DNA of 64,000 nucleotides from Octopus vulgaris (Eukaryota): NCBI GenBank assembly GCA_951406725.2, contig OX597835.1, positions 7,626,001 to 7,690,000 of the forward strand, read 5' to 3'. Shown piece by piece: positions 29,050 to 43,587 of this stretch (position 1 is its first letter; each line of letters starts with the position of its first letter). The notes under the pieces were generated by a model. It saw only the letters and a program-made list of their open reading frames with translations, ran no database searches and was not told where the DNA came from. The position numbers and the translations under genes were made by a program.

Positions 29050-29369
29050 ATAAAATACGAAATGGGACAAGAATGCAAAACATCCGCACAAATAGGTAAT
29101 ACAAAAAAGGGACAACAAAACATCCAGATAAACGATACAAAAAAACGGACGGGTCGTTCGAAGCATTTAATTTTCAGTTAAGAACCGGATCATCCTCGCA
29201 ATCACGGCTGATTAATCTTGAGATTTCTTCAATCTGGCCAGCCCCAAGCTAAAACTAAGCTAAGAGCATTAGATATATATACGAAAGCATCGAATATATA
29301 CGAAACAAAGACGGAGAAACGTACGATGTTACACGAATATAAATAAAAAATATTACAAAGAAACAACAA

Positions 29370-29428
<59 letters not shown>

Positions 29429-29506
29429 ATAATAATAACAATAATAATAATAATAATAATAATAATATTAATAATAATAATAGTAGTAGTAGTAGTAGCA
29501 GTAGTA

Positions 29507-29544
<38 letters not shown>

Positions 29545-29554
29545 CAATAATAAA

Positions 29555-30165
29555 TGCCCTGATGCAGTACCAGGATGCCCTGATGCAGTACCTAATTGCC
29601 CTGATGCAGTACCAGGCAGGAGCTCTCATGGCTTCTGATCTTAACTGATTGGAAGTGTTATCGTGTACATTGTTTCGTCTTGGTATAAAAGATGGGCTAC
29701 AGCAAATATTCTGCTCAATACCAGAGATTTGCTTGTCAGTTGTTTGACCTTAACCAGTTGAGCATGTCCCTTGGTGGCTGACGATATGTGCATCTCTGAC
29801 CACGAGCAGAAGTAGTGGGGGAGCATCATAGTCATGTGTTAAGAGGGATTCTTTGGGGTTTGAATAATTCACCTCTGGAAACATGAGTGGTTCTTTCAAC
29901 ATCCTTAAACAACCCTTATCCAGGGACCTTTTGAGCGGGATGGGCTACTAAACCTGAAGAAAATTCTAACTGGGCCCCACCTGCAAGTTCATGTGCTGTT
30001 TATCTTGATATGAGATCACCATATCGCGCACATATGGTTGTGATGCATGTGCCTGGTGTACCCTTATCAGACGGGTAGTCATGATGGGTATTTTGGGCTT
30101 CGTTTATTTTACCCCAGTGTTACTTTGATGGCATGAACTGCTCTCTCACTCAATAATAATAATAT
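29555..30165 (+). mobile_element. ~600-bp insertion in an (AAT)n tract, unit 3 only; probable 3' fragment of a non-LTR retroelement
   Basis: Absent from the homologous tracts at ~9460, ~21330 and ~51750. Ends ctctctcactc(aat)n, and the 5' motif tgccctgatgcagtacc is reiterated three times. Confidence 0.55.
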
Positions 30166-30425
30166 TAAGTATAACAGGACATAATAACAGACGTCTTTCG
30201 ACTGGAGACAAATTGGATTCAGCTGGCGTGTTGGGAATTAAGCCTTACGGCAGAGGGAAAGGGAGATGCTGTGGCAGTGACCGTGGTGAAACGCAAAAGG
30301 GGAGAGAGAGAGAGAGAGATTGTGTTGAAGAAGTCGTTCAAAATTTAGTACAATGTGTACTTACATATAAGAGAACAAAGTGTACGTACGCCGCTCTACA
30401 TATATATATATATATATATATATAA

Positions 30426-30469
<44 letters not shown>

Positions 30470-33033
30470 CATCTTCTATTTGTGAAAGAGATAAGTAATG
30501 GGTTGTGTAAAACATATGAACGACTTTCTGGCGATATTTGTCAAAACATGTAGCTACACTTCTCATCGACAAAAAACTTACTGCAATTAAACTTTCAAAC
30601 TGTTGCTGTCATCTATCATGAAGATACTCTGCCGATTGCAATGCCAAGTGCAGGATACGAGATGTGTACTGGCAGCATATTTCGTGGAAGCCTTAAAACT
30701 TCAGAGGAAAAGCTTTTTTGTATTTATTCAGGCTTCTATATTCTGAGTTCGAATCCCTGCAGTTCAACTTTCATTTCCCTCCTTTTTGAGACGATAAATA
30801 AGGTTCCAATATTCCCCACCTCCTTTCCGATATTCGTAGAAACATGAGGTCTTTTAATTTACCTCCAGAAATTATGAAAGTTTGTAACACGATTTTTGAC
30901 CTTAGGTAGCAACTGTTATTTCCTCTTTGCTTATCCCTAGAAACTATGCAAAATGAATAATATTTCCTCCAGACATTCGTGTCCTTAGATTGATTCAAAC
31001 CCTGAAGATTCCCCTTTCAGGCTCTCCAACTTCTCCTGCCAATTATCAGAGATGCACATATTGTCAGCCACTAAAGGACATCTCAAAGTGGTTAAGGTCA
31101 AGTAACTGGCGAACAAATTTGTGGTATTGATCAGAATATTCGCTGAAACGATATTTTTGCTTCAGCAAACCAGCCCCGAATCTTTGGAAAATGTAATAGA
31201 AAATGTGTCACTTTGAAAGCATTGATGTCCAGGCACAAAAGCAAAGTGTGAAGGGAACAGGAGTCATTTCCTTTAACTTCCAAATAGAAGTAAATAGGAG
31301 ATAACACTTACTATCCAACGATAAAATAAAGAATAAGAATTCAATTTAAAGTGTCATCTATGTCACAGACAACCCCGCCTTTCTTAGCTCGATTTCTGAT
31401 TAACTACTGATAATATTGTATGCAAGTATCTTCATTGGTATCTCAGCTTTCAATCTATCATGCAAAACTTATTGGAGATTTAATCTAAGCTGTGCTGCAA
31501 AGAGATGTTACGGCCCGACTTTGATTATTCTAATATCGGTAAATTAACGTCTTTAAGAAATCTCTAAACTAACTTCTTGATACATGTATGCAGCTCTGAC
31601 ATCTAAAGAAATAAAATTCTACAGTTACACGTGATATGAGAAAAGTTCCAGATTATATAAAAAAAAGAATGCCTATTTTTTTTACATAAGAGTATATATT
31701 TTACTTCATATTAAATCTCTGATACAAAATATAAAGCGGTCATAAATAAAATATTATTGGTTATAAAGACTTGGAGATCAGGGATAATCAGGATCTAAGC
31801 AACAATTTGGACTTTGCACATCTGAATCAGTCGTAAGTTGGTTCGGAAAAATAACTTAAAAATTGTCTCCAATGAAGAACGTTGACATAACCGAAGATAT
31901 AAATTTCGAGATAGTTTGAAATGATGTTTTCTAATTACTAATTCACACAGCTGGACGAAGTGCACGGCGGGTTGGTAAGTATAGTATCTCATAACATAAA
32001 TCAAATTGCTGATGCTTATACATACACACATTCATACACACATACATACACACATACACACATACACACATACATACACACACATACATACGTACGTACG
32101 TACATATATACATACATATATACCTCTATACATACATATATATATTTATAAACATATATGTATGTGGTTGTATGTATGTATACACACACACACGCACGCA
32201 CACACACATATATATATTAATATAGATGTGTGTGTGTGTGTGTTTGTAAAGAAGAAGAGAAAACACAGCGTGTGCAAATTCAAGAATAGAAAAGAAAACG
32301 ACAGCTGGAGCAAAAAAAGTTTAACGGTGTTCATTGAATAACTGGCACTACACAACCCTCATCAACCACTTTGAACTTTGCACAAGAGAAAGTCTACTGA
32401 GCTGTTTGTAAAATACCGTTCGAATCAAACAAGTATGTAACATTTAAATCATTCTTTGCGTCTGTTTGATTAGTTATGGTGATTATGTTATGGTAACGAT
32501 GATGGTGGTAGTGGCAGAGCTTAAACCGTTTGTTGCCTGTTTGCATGTGAACAATCCAAGATCTGCAAAGAGAGAGGATAACCGGAATGATTTACTGATT
32601 TTCACTTTATATCTCATCGATTGTATTTGATGAAAGGGAATCAGTTGACCCCTTAAGTTTTGAATGGATACGAGCTTTTGTAAATTTTGTTTTTTAAGTA
32701 ATGTAAATCGTTTGCTAAGAAACAAGTGAAGCTATTTTGGCTGGATGTTTGTGTTATAAATTTCTTATTATTTTACGAAAGATTTTCCCATTTTCATACT
32801 TTATGTAAAAACATTCTCATCCAACAAACTGCTGATCTTTGCAACACTGGCCAACTGCTTCCCTCTTTTCCATAGAACACTATTTGACCAAATTTGCTAT
32901 CCCTGTGTTGCTGTTTGTAATGAGTTGATTGACCATTATTCTTTGTTTTAAATCGTGTAAATATATTCTGGTTCTGGAGTAGCTTATTCATAGTAGTCAA
33001 AACAATGTGTTTTTAATTATTGCGTTTTAGTTG

Positions 33034-33073
<40 letters not shown>

Positions 33074-33976
33074 CTGTGTGTCTGTGTGTGTCTGTGTCTG
33101 TGTTGTGTCCGTGCGTGAGTATTTGGTAACAATGCTATATCTAAAGATGAATGTAGAATCTTGATGATATTTTTTGACAGTTACAGAATACTGTCCCGTA
33201 TTTAGAGCAAAGCCGACATGCATAACCTTCTTCTGATATGAGGCGTATGCCTGGAGTACTTCTTCATCGATTCTTCGATCAGTTTTTCCTTGCCCAAATT
33301 AGCTTTTGACATCCCTCATAAATAAAAACAATAGTAAGACCATTAATTAAAAGCAATACGTAATATGATGTTCTTCTAGAAAGTATTGTATTTAAAAAGA
33401 TAACGATAAACATGTTTCTGTGTGAGGATAACACGACACATGTATTCAGCATCAGGTAATTGTATTTAGTCAGGTATAGTCTAAGATTGTTAGTTACCAA
33501 TGCAATAGTTTATACAGTGAAATGTGCAGGAAAGTTTGATTTGGGTTGTAGAAAACAGTGAAAATACTGAGTGCATATCACATACAAAATTCCACCAACT
33601 GCAAACCGACAAACATCTCATAATTGTTTTGATTGCAGAAATAAAAATAATATAGCTATAGATATACTTCAAGTAAGAATATTTCATTCACTGTGAACAA
33701 CATGGGGAATATTTATGGACAAATGCTTCGAAGACATCATCTTCTCCGAAATTATATATTCACATTTGTAATTAAATCTAGATTAGTACTATTGTATAGA
33801 TTAAATTAGCCATATTACTTATTGTTTAAATGGTGAATCTTGGCTTTTTACTGAAATATATTTGAACAGCTAAAAGATAATTGTTACCTAAATTTCCAGC
33901 TGTAGACTTTTGCTTATTTTCTAAGAAAAATGCTTTTGTATTAATCACTCTCGTTATATGTGTCTATTATCAGGTG

Positions 33977-36308
33977 ATGAAAGGTATCAGTGTCCTATTG
34001 TTTTGTTTATTCATTTCATACACCTTCTCGGAAAAACAAGGTAAGTATAATTAGAAATTTCATTTATTTTATAGCAATCCGAAATGTAGTGGGAGAAAAG
34101 GCGCAAAATAGAAGGGCGGGAAGGAGGAAAATGAATAACGTTAACTTAACGGTCTTTCGGGTGTACCCAATTTATATGCAATTACAGCTTTTAAATAAAT
34201 AACTCTATTTATCAAAACTACGCATAGACCAAGTATACGGAATTAAGATTCTTCTATATAATATACAACATTTAATTAACAACATGACTGATACAAATCG
34301 GGAAGGATTCTAGTGGTGTGCTCTCATCTCTTACCCCTGTATTTGATTCAGAACGTAAACACGAACGAAAGGACACTAAGCACCTTGCTCGTCCTGCTGA
34401 CCATTCTGCCAGCTCTCCTCCGCCTCCCTTAGAATTCTTTATTATTAAAATAATTACAGAATTAACAAGTGCTTTATATATAATGTTTCACGTGTCTTTT
34501 CTTTTTTTTTTGTTATTCCTTTTTATTGCTCCTTTGGGTTTTTTTTATCTTCTTTTATGTATTAAAAACATCCATCACTACAGTGATGAGCCATATTTAA
34601 GTGTAGGAGTGAGGAACTTCGAGTTCCAGTCTTCATGATCCTGCATCTTGTTTCAGATCGTCTTACCATAAATACGTTATCCTCAATTCAATGAATTACC
34701 TGTTGAGTGCTTCAGGGGTTTTTTCTGTATTTCTACACGAAAATTTGGTAAACAGACTTCTAATGCTTCCATATGTATTTTACTATTTCTTTCAGATGTC
34801 GCTTCCATCCGTCAACAGAGAGGAGCTTCTGTAGGTTTGAGTCATATGACTAAAAGGTAAGATCTTCAAATCTACATAATCGAATTAATAGACAAGCGCC
34901 CTCTAGTAATTTTTCATAGCTTGTGTCTATAGTAGAGAGGTCATCAATATTGGCGCAGTTCCTTTCTTGAGACTCATTCCTGATTGTGGTTTTGGCGTAA
35001 AAGAGAATATGAAACGTGAATATATCAAGTGTGATGATAGGAGAAAATTTTCACGAGTAATATAGGCCTAGGAGTGGCTGTGTGGTAAGTAGCTTGCTTA
35101 CCAAACACATGGTTCCGGGTGCGTTTTTTCTATGAAAATCCCTACATTTTACGATTTTTTGACTGCCGTGTCGACATTTTTCCGTGTATTTCAAGCAGAA
35201 AAATGTTCACTTAAAGAGAATAACAAACTACATAATACTAAATTTTTACTTTTCAAAAATTCTAATTCTAAAGGGTCGAAACAAAGCCGAGCAACGCGGA
35301 GCGATACTGCTAGTTAATATATAATGGGCGAACGAACAAGTAGATTTTCATAGAGATATGTGTTTGCATGTGCGCGTATATTTCCCGTTGTTGGATTGCA
35401 CAATTTGTGATGTAATGTAGCGGTCACCTACACAAACACAAGAGAGGTTGATCTTCATATTCATATTACTATTTTCTTGCAGAGACAGATAAACCAAAGT
35501 AACCAGATTTGAAAAGCATATAATGGTTAAGATTCCCATATGAAAAGTTATTTTCAAGATGGTGGATTGTTTTGTCTCTTGTTTTGGTAACGTCGTTTTC
35601 ATATCTTATTTAGGAGGCGTAGAGAAGTACATAGGGCAAACCACAATGACCGTAACAAAAGAACTGCAGGTTTGATTTCCCAGTTGCAGACGAGAAAATC
35701 TCGGTTAAAATCTACTAAGATTCATGAATCAAAATTTTAACTTATTTATTTATGTCACAACAGTGACGATAAATTCAAACGTAGAGGATCAATAAGAATT
35801 AGGCTGATTGAAGAATATCGGGGGGGGGGGGGGATTTAAAAGTAGACACAGAGGCTGTGTGATAAGTAGTTTGCTTACCACAACTAAATGGTTCCGGGTT
35901 CAGTCCCACTGCGTGGCAACTTTGGCAAGTGACTCCTACTATAGCCACGGCCGACCAAAGACCTGTGAGTGGATTTGGTAGACGGAAACTGAAAGAAGCT
36001 CATCGTATATATGTATTTATATATGTAGATGTGTGTATAAGTTTGTGTGTCTGTTTGTCCCATCCTCCAATATCACTTGACAATCGATGATGGTGTGTTT
36101 ACGTCCACACAACTTATAGGTTCGGGAAAAGAGACCGATTGAATAAGTACTTGGCTTACAAAGAATAAGGCCTAGGGTAGATTTGCTGGTCTAATGGCGG
36201 TACTCCAGCATGGCCACAGTCAAACGACTGAAACATTACCTTGGGTAATTGTGTTTTACTATAGCTTTGTGAGTGGATTTAGTAGACGGAAACAGAAAGA
36301 CGCTCGTC

Positions 36309-36354
<46 letters not shown>

Positions 36355-37465
36355 GTATATATTGTCCTCCGAAAATAGCTTGATAGCCGATTTTGTTGTG
36401 TTTTCATCCTCGTAACGTAGTGGTTCGGCAAGAGATAAGATAGAATAAGTACTAAGCAAGTCCTGGTGGCGATTATTAACAGACATACATCAATACACAA
36501 CTTCTTACTTCTCTTCTAAGTATTCTTTTCTACTCTTGGTACAAGGCCCGAAATGTTGGGGGAGTGGGCCATTCCTATAGATCGACCCCAGTACGCAGCT
36601 GTTACTTAATTTATCAACCCCGATAGGATTAAAGACAAAGTCGGTCTCGGCGGAATTTGAACTCAGAACGTAGCGGCAGACGAAATACCTCTAAGCATAT
36701 CGCACGGCGTACTAACGATTCTGCCATCTCACAGCCTTTCCCCCTATAACTATTAAAACCATTTATTTATTAATTACCCTGTCACTAAGGCGGTGAGCCG
36801 GCAGAGGCGTTAGCACGCCGGACGAGGTGTTAAGCGGTATTTCCTCTGTTCTGAGTTCTGAGTTCAAATTCCGCCGAGGTCGACATTGACTTTCATCCTT
36901 TCGGGTCGTTTACAGTTGTTTACTGTGGTCGATCAATTCGATTGGCCCCACTCCCCCAAAATTTCGGGCCTTTTGCCAAGAGTAGAAAAGAATTACCATA
37001 TCACTGTCTACATCTACTCATCTACTTATGAAATTCGGAAAATATATATCCATAAACTTGGTTTTTTTAAAAATACTGGAGAAAGTACAAATGACAATTT
37101 ATGAAAGAACGGAAAAATATGACCCATCCTATTTGTTTCGTTTCTGCATGCTGTACATTCACATCCCGTTGGATTTTTTCGACATCAATAAAATGCAACA
37201 GCTTCTTCCCTAACGAGAAATCATAATTTAATGAGTTTATTATTTCACTACAATATTCTGTATTTACAGGTCCGCTTGCTCAAGGGGCTATTGTCAAAGA
37301 TATAATCCAGTCATTCGCTGCTGCCCAATTATGGTATGTATTTGCATTTGGCAAATATCAGGTTGCTGGTGTAGAACACAAAATAAAAGCCGCGCCACTC
37401 ATAATAGTATACTCCAAAGTATAATCCCTATTCTCGTTTTCCTTGCAAAATTATCAATTTATTGA
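33977..37465 (+). CDS. Knottin/ICK toxin-like prepropeptide with hydrophobic C-tail, copy 4; join(33977..34040,34796..34856,37270..37465); 106 aa
   Basis: [106 protein letters not shown]. Canonical splice sites. Confidence 0.88.
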
Positions 37466-38879
37466 CGTTCTGCTCTTTTGAATCTTGTGGATAAATGTCA
37501 TAGGTCAGATTGTTTTTATAGAAGGAGAAATTCTACTATTTTTTCTATTTTGAAATTTAACCAATCGTCAAATCCTATGATAGTAGAAAACTATGAATAA
37601 ACATCAAGAGACATAGTGAAATATAAAATATCAACGAGTAGAAGTTTGATTTTGTAATTTATCCTCTAAAGAAATTCACGTATGTTGCACCAAAAACTGA
37701 AATGGTAAAAGAAGAGAAAATCTGCAAACCATAACTTACAACTGTGTCTTTTCTTACAAACCTAAATTAATACGACGAATGTATTTAATATCTAATATAT
37801 TTATGTTATTATTCCGTCAAATTTTAATGAAATCTCAATAAAATAAATTTATTAAAGCATTACAAATACTTAGTGCCTCGTGTTTCACTTTGCTATTTGT
37901 TTGTAAGTTATTGAACGGTAACAAAGTCTTTGTGGTTTGTTCTTCACTTTGGTGTTTGCCTTTAATTTATCGATATGAATGGTAAGAATTTACATTGCAG
38001 TGGTATGTTATATTATTGTAAAAACATTTTTTCTATGAGTTCTATTTTATAAAATTTAAAAAAGAAATAGGAAAAAAATAAGAGATAAGAAAGGAAAAGA
38101 GAGAAAAAAAAGTGAACCAGTTAAAATTGAGGGGAGAGTGATGGGTCACATAACCCAGATCGAATAGTGTGCTCAGCTGTTCCTCGCAGTAGTGACCCTG
38201 ATGGCTTTGCCGCGAAGAACGTTGCAGCAGCCACTTCCTGAGGCTCATTAATCCAATGGGCCGCCTTCATCCCTCAGTTGGGAATGAAATCCAAGAACAC
38301 CTGAGGTCTCGACGTAACCGGTACAAACTGATAGTAGCCAGTGAGGACCAAATATTTCTTGAATGTTCTCTCGTCGTGATTATGGAAGGTGACACCCGGA
38401 TTTGCAGCCGTTGCTGCAAGTTTGGTTCCTTGTCAAAAATATTTATTGATGTTGTTGTGTTGTTCATCGGACAGTCGTAGTCGAGCAGACAGGTGATTGA
38501 GTTACGATCGATAGGTGACTGAATTATGATCGATATGTGATTGAGTTATTAGCGTTAGGTGATTGAGTTATGGTCGATAGGTGATCGAGTTATGATCGAC
38601 AGGTGATTGAGTTACGATCGATAGGTGATTGAGTTATGATCGATAGGTGATTGAAATATGACCACTTCCAACTTCTTTTTGACAGATATAAGGTGTATAA
38701 GTTCCCACTGTGCACACTGTCTTTCCATTCTTAAGAAGGCTGCACTTGATAAGATAATGGGTTTTCAGCAATTCGTTAACAGACGAGTGATCACGATGTC
38801 TTCCGCATCTCCTTGCCTGAGGTTGCAAAATTGAACCGAGTATGTCAAATAATTAAATACATACACTCAAATATGTATG

Positions 38880-38967
<88 letters not shown>

Positions 38968-39833
38968 AGGTTAATATATGTATATTTATATAAGGTTAAT
39001 TTGAAATATTTCCATGACCAGAGGCCTAACATGTAGAAAATTTACCCAATGGACTATATATTACTCATATAAATACTGTGTACATTTACACACAAAAGAG
39101 GTATCCATCATAGGACTACCTGCACGCTAGAGAGGACAGTTAAATTCCAAAACACCATTAGGGATAAAATTTAAAATAGAAAGAAAAATTTAAACATTTA
39201 CCAACTAACACCTGGACCAATGATTTCAGACGTTTTTTAGCAAATAAAATAATTTGCGAAGCGAAGGGTTCTTCAGCAGGTACAACTTAGATTAAATATA
39301 TATACACGAGGTAATCCAGTATCTGCCTCGTGCTTATACATTCTAAAAATATCAAATCTACCGCGTAAGCGCAGCTCCCTCTCGGGAGTAAATAAATATG
39401 CCGGGTTTTTATTTTGAAAATTATCCAATAAATAAATTATCACTATTTAATAATATTAAAGGGTAATCTGAAATATTAGAAATTTCCATTACAAGTGGCC
39501 TAGCGTGTAAAACATTTACCCTATAAATTATATGTTATTCATATAAACGTAGCGTACATTTAAGCACAAACATGTATCCATCATACGGATACCTGCACGC
39601 TAGAGGAACACGTATTAGGGATAAAATTTCGAATGGAATGGAAAGTAAAACATCCCTAATAGTGGTTTGGAATTAAATTGTCCTCTCTAGCGTGCAGATA
39701 CCCTATGATAGTTACCTATTTTGTGTTTAAATGCACACTGTTCATATATATGTATATATATTTATGTATGTATATTATATACATATATCATTGGCTGCAG
39801 GCACATACATACATACATGCATATATACATACA

Positions 39834-39898
<65 letters not shown>

Positions 39899-39977
39899 AT
39901 TTAATTAATAAGTAATTAATTTTACCCTCACTTGGCGAAATTGATTAATAATTAATTAATTTTACCCTCAATTGTTG

Positions 39978-40021
<44 letters not shown>

Positions 40022-40116
40022 GGAGTAAACACATAAATGTGAAACAAGTTGGAAAAAGAGTACTCAAATACGAGTTGTAGAGGAATATGCTTTATTTAAA
40101 GCAGCAGAAAATTCAA

Positions 40117-40165
40117 CAAAACCTGTTACTCTGAGTTTCCCGTTGCCGTTCATCGGACAATTTTT
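40117..40165 (-). ncRNA. Degenerate minimal hammerhead ribozyme in the putative Penelope terminal repeat
   Basis: The - strand reads aaaaattgt-CCGATGA-acg gcaa cgg-GAA-actc a gagt-A-acaggtttt. This gives a CUGANGA core with U>C, a GCAA-looped stem II, a palindromic stem III, a GUA triplet and an imperfect stem I. Confidence 0.5.
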
Positions 40166-40292
40166 GCTAGAATGGAACCGATATGTGTATTCTATCCAGA
40201 CTATTACAAACGCTATACCTTTAAAAATGGACTTGTTTGATTGGCCCTTTAGAAATAACGGTCAATTTTGGAGCGATAAACAAAAATGAGCT

Positions 40293-40345
<53 letters not shown>

Positions 40346-41409
40346 TATAAAAATTATAAAATTCGAGGAAAAACCTTACAATGAATAAAATACATATTGA
40401 CCTTAATGAAGGAAATATAATTAATGCATGGAAATTGAAATGCATTAAAAATATTACACGGCAATACATATTCATATTAAAGTATACATATATATCAACA
40501 TACATAGATAGATGCGTGCAAACCCCATACATATACAGACGTGTAAATATAAATGTAAAATATACACACATGTATACATATGTATACATATGTATACGTA
40601 TGTATACATATGTATACGCAATCTAGTTCGCACGCAAGCTAAAATCATGGACGGTGAAGTAGCGTTCTTATTTACGAAGCAAAGTTTAAGACATGAGTAA
40701 GTGGTGGGGGACGTAAAGTTGCATGACTCTATACAAGTATCGTATACGTAGAGTGAAAAACGAAAGAAAGGAAGAAAGAGAAAAAGGAAAAAAAGGGGAC
40801 GGAAAAAAAGAAAAAAAGGTGGGGTGGGGAAAAAATAAATAAGAAGAAATATGTATACAAGCTGTGTAACCACGTATATTGTCACATATATATATATAGA
40901 CAAGTACACAAACACACATGTTCAAGTGGATACATACACATACAGTCGTGTATGTGTGTGCTTAAGCACAAACATACGCTCACTTACACATACACAGAGA
41001 CGTATGCTTACAAATACATATTCGTGGCTATACACATATTTACATCAAAATTCTAATTTTTGACAACATTGCTTTTAAAAAAATGGTGAGTGTAATAATG
41101 AAATTTATACAAAAAACATGTAAAATATAACACCGTATTTCGGATCATCTATAAATCAAAAATCAGAGTAAGCTTATACAATATAATAACATGAAATAAA
41201 CAAAGCCGAAGGTTTTTCCTAAGGAATATGTAGAAATATAAACAAAATACACAAAGTATATGCATGAGACTTTGTTATACGGAATGAAACCTGCATAGCG
41301 CGAAACAAATCCATCGTTGCGTTTACATACTAGTCCAAGAATCAAAATCAAAATTTCAAAAATCAAAAATACAAAAAGACAAAATATACACTCTATCCCT
41401 ATGGTATAT

Positions 41410-42510
41410 TTATGTTTGACATTTTAAATTTGGTTGCCTGCATAAGTTCATCAGCTCACTTTGATTTAAAGAATTATTGTCTTTGAATAAAATATAAAGT
41501 TTCTCTAACAGGCAAAAATTGCATTTAAAATTATTCTTGTGTGCTCCATACCTGTATGGTGCCGCTCTGTCCAGAATGCTCCATTTCACGTTGAAAGGTG
41601 GGGTTTTATTTTCTTTTAGTTCCCAGACATATTTTGCTAGGCTGGTCCTCATCCTATTTTCTGGGTATCTAAATGAATTTTTATGCGAATAAAATCGCGT
41701 TTTAAACGAATTTTCTGAAGCTCCTGTATATGTCTTGTATTCCGATGAGCCTTCTATTTGTAGCTTGGCTCTATAAACTACTCCTTTTACTAGACATTTC
41801 CCTTGCAACGGACAAGATGATTCATTTTTGAAATTGCATTTCTTAATGGGCTCGGCACCATGTTTAATCTCAATCAGATTCCTATTATGCTGGCTAATGT
41901 AAGAGGCGAAATTTCTGCAACAAGAATAGCTAACCTTCAGGGTTCTTCTATTAAATATCCTATAGAATTTATGGTCCAGCTTAAAATGCCTAGAGACTAA
42001 TTTCAAAAATTCCTTACCTATATTAGTCTTTACGACCAAATTAAAAGCCGGGTTGAACCACAAAACTTTCCTGGTCCTAGTTCTTCGCGCAGCATTATTA
42101 TCATCATTAAGCTGGTTGTACTGGATCTTCTCAGAGAATCCACTATTCCTTAATGCGCAAACATAATAAGGTGCAGCATTATGGAATGCTGTCTCGTCCG
42201 AAGAAATTGAAGATATTCTTCTACCTACATTGCTGACTAAGTTCCTAAGGATAACTGGCGGAAGGTTCGAATCTTTGCTAATATACGATAACTTCTCATT
42301 GGGCTTACGGAAAGGTTTAAATCTATCCGACCTTACATTAAAATTTACGCCTAAGAAATATACACTATTCAGGTTAGTATCTATTGTAACCCGTAAGCCC
42401 ATCCTTTGAAAGAAAGCAATAATCTCCTTCCTAAGTCAATTTGATTCAAGGCCGTTTAAATTATGGGTGGCTATAAGGCCGTCATCACGATATAAATCTG
42501 CATCTATAAA
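41410..42510 (-). mobile_element. Penelope-like retroelement, 5'-truncated: RT C-terminal half plus GIY-YIG endonuclease; defective
   Basis: ORF 41410..42402 has a thumb-like region (FLGV..KPFRKP..YISKDSNLPP..RRISSISS), WFNP and a GIY-YIG-like GVVYRAK..YTGASE..FKTRFYSHK with flanking Cys motifs. An in-frame YRDD lies upstream at 42481..42492, separated by a TGA at 42436..42438. Confidence 0.88.
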
Positions 42511-43587
42511 TGGGAATTCTATCGATCATAACTCAATCACCTATAGATCATATCTCAATCATCTGTCGGCTCGACTACGATTGTCCGATGAACAACATCA
42601 CAACATCAATAAATATTTTTGACAAGGGACCAACCTTGCTGAAACGGCTGCAAATGCGGGTGTCACCTTCCATAATCACGAGGAGAGAACATTCAAGAAA
42701 TATTTGGTCTTCACTGGTTACTATCAGTATGTACCGGTTACGTCGAGACGTCAGGGATTCTTGGACTTCATTCCGAACTGAGGGATGAAGGCGGCCCATT
42801 GGATTAATGAGCCTCAGGAAGTGGATGCTGTAACGTTCTTCGCGGCAAAGCCATCAGGGTCACTACTGCGAGGAACAGCTGAGCACACTATTCGATCTGG
42901 TTTATGTGACTCATCGCGCCTCCCCTCAATTTCTACTTGTTCACCTGTTTTCCCTCTTTCCTTTCTTATCTCTTATTTTTTCCCATTTCTTTTTTAAATT
43001 TTATAAAATAGAACTCGTAGAATAAATGTTTTTACAATAATATAACATACCACTGCAATGTAAATTCTTACCATTCAAATCGATAACTTAAAGGCAAACA
43101 CCACAGCGAAGAACAAACCACAAAGACTTTGTTACCGTTCAGTAACTGACAAACAAATAGCAAAGTGGAAAACGAAGCACTAAGTATTTGTAATGCTTTA
43201 ATAAATTTATTTTATTGAGATTTCATTAGAATTTGACGGAATAATAACATAAATATATTAGATATTAAATACATTCGTCGTATTAATTTAGGTTTGTAAG
43301 AAAAGTCACAGTTGTAAGTTATGGTTTGCAGATTTTCTCTTCTTTTACCATTTCAGTTTTTGGTGCAACATACGTGAATTTCTTTCCAGGATAAATTACA
43401 AAATGAAACTTCTGCTCGTTAACATTTTATATTTCACTATGTCTCTTGATATTTATTCATAGTTTTCTACTATCATAGGATTTGACGATTGGTTAAATTT
43501 CAAAATTGAAAAAGTTGTAGATTTTCTCCTTCTATAAAAACAATCTGACCTACGACATTTATCCACAAGATTCAAAAGAGCAGAACG

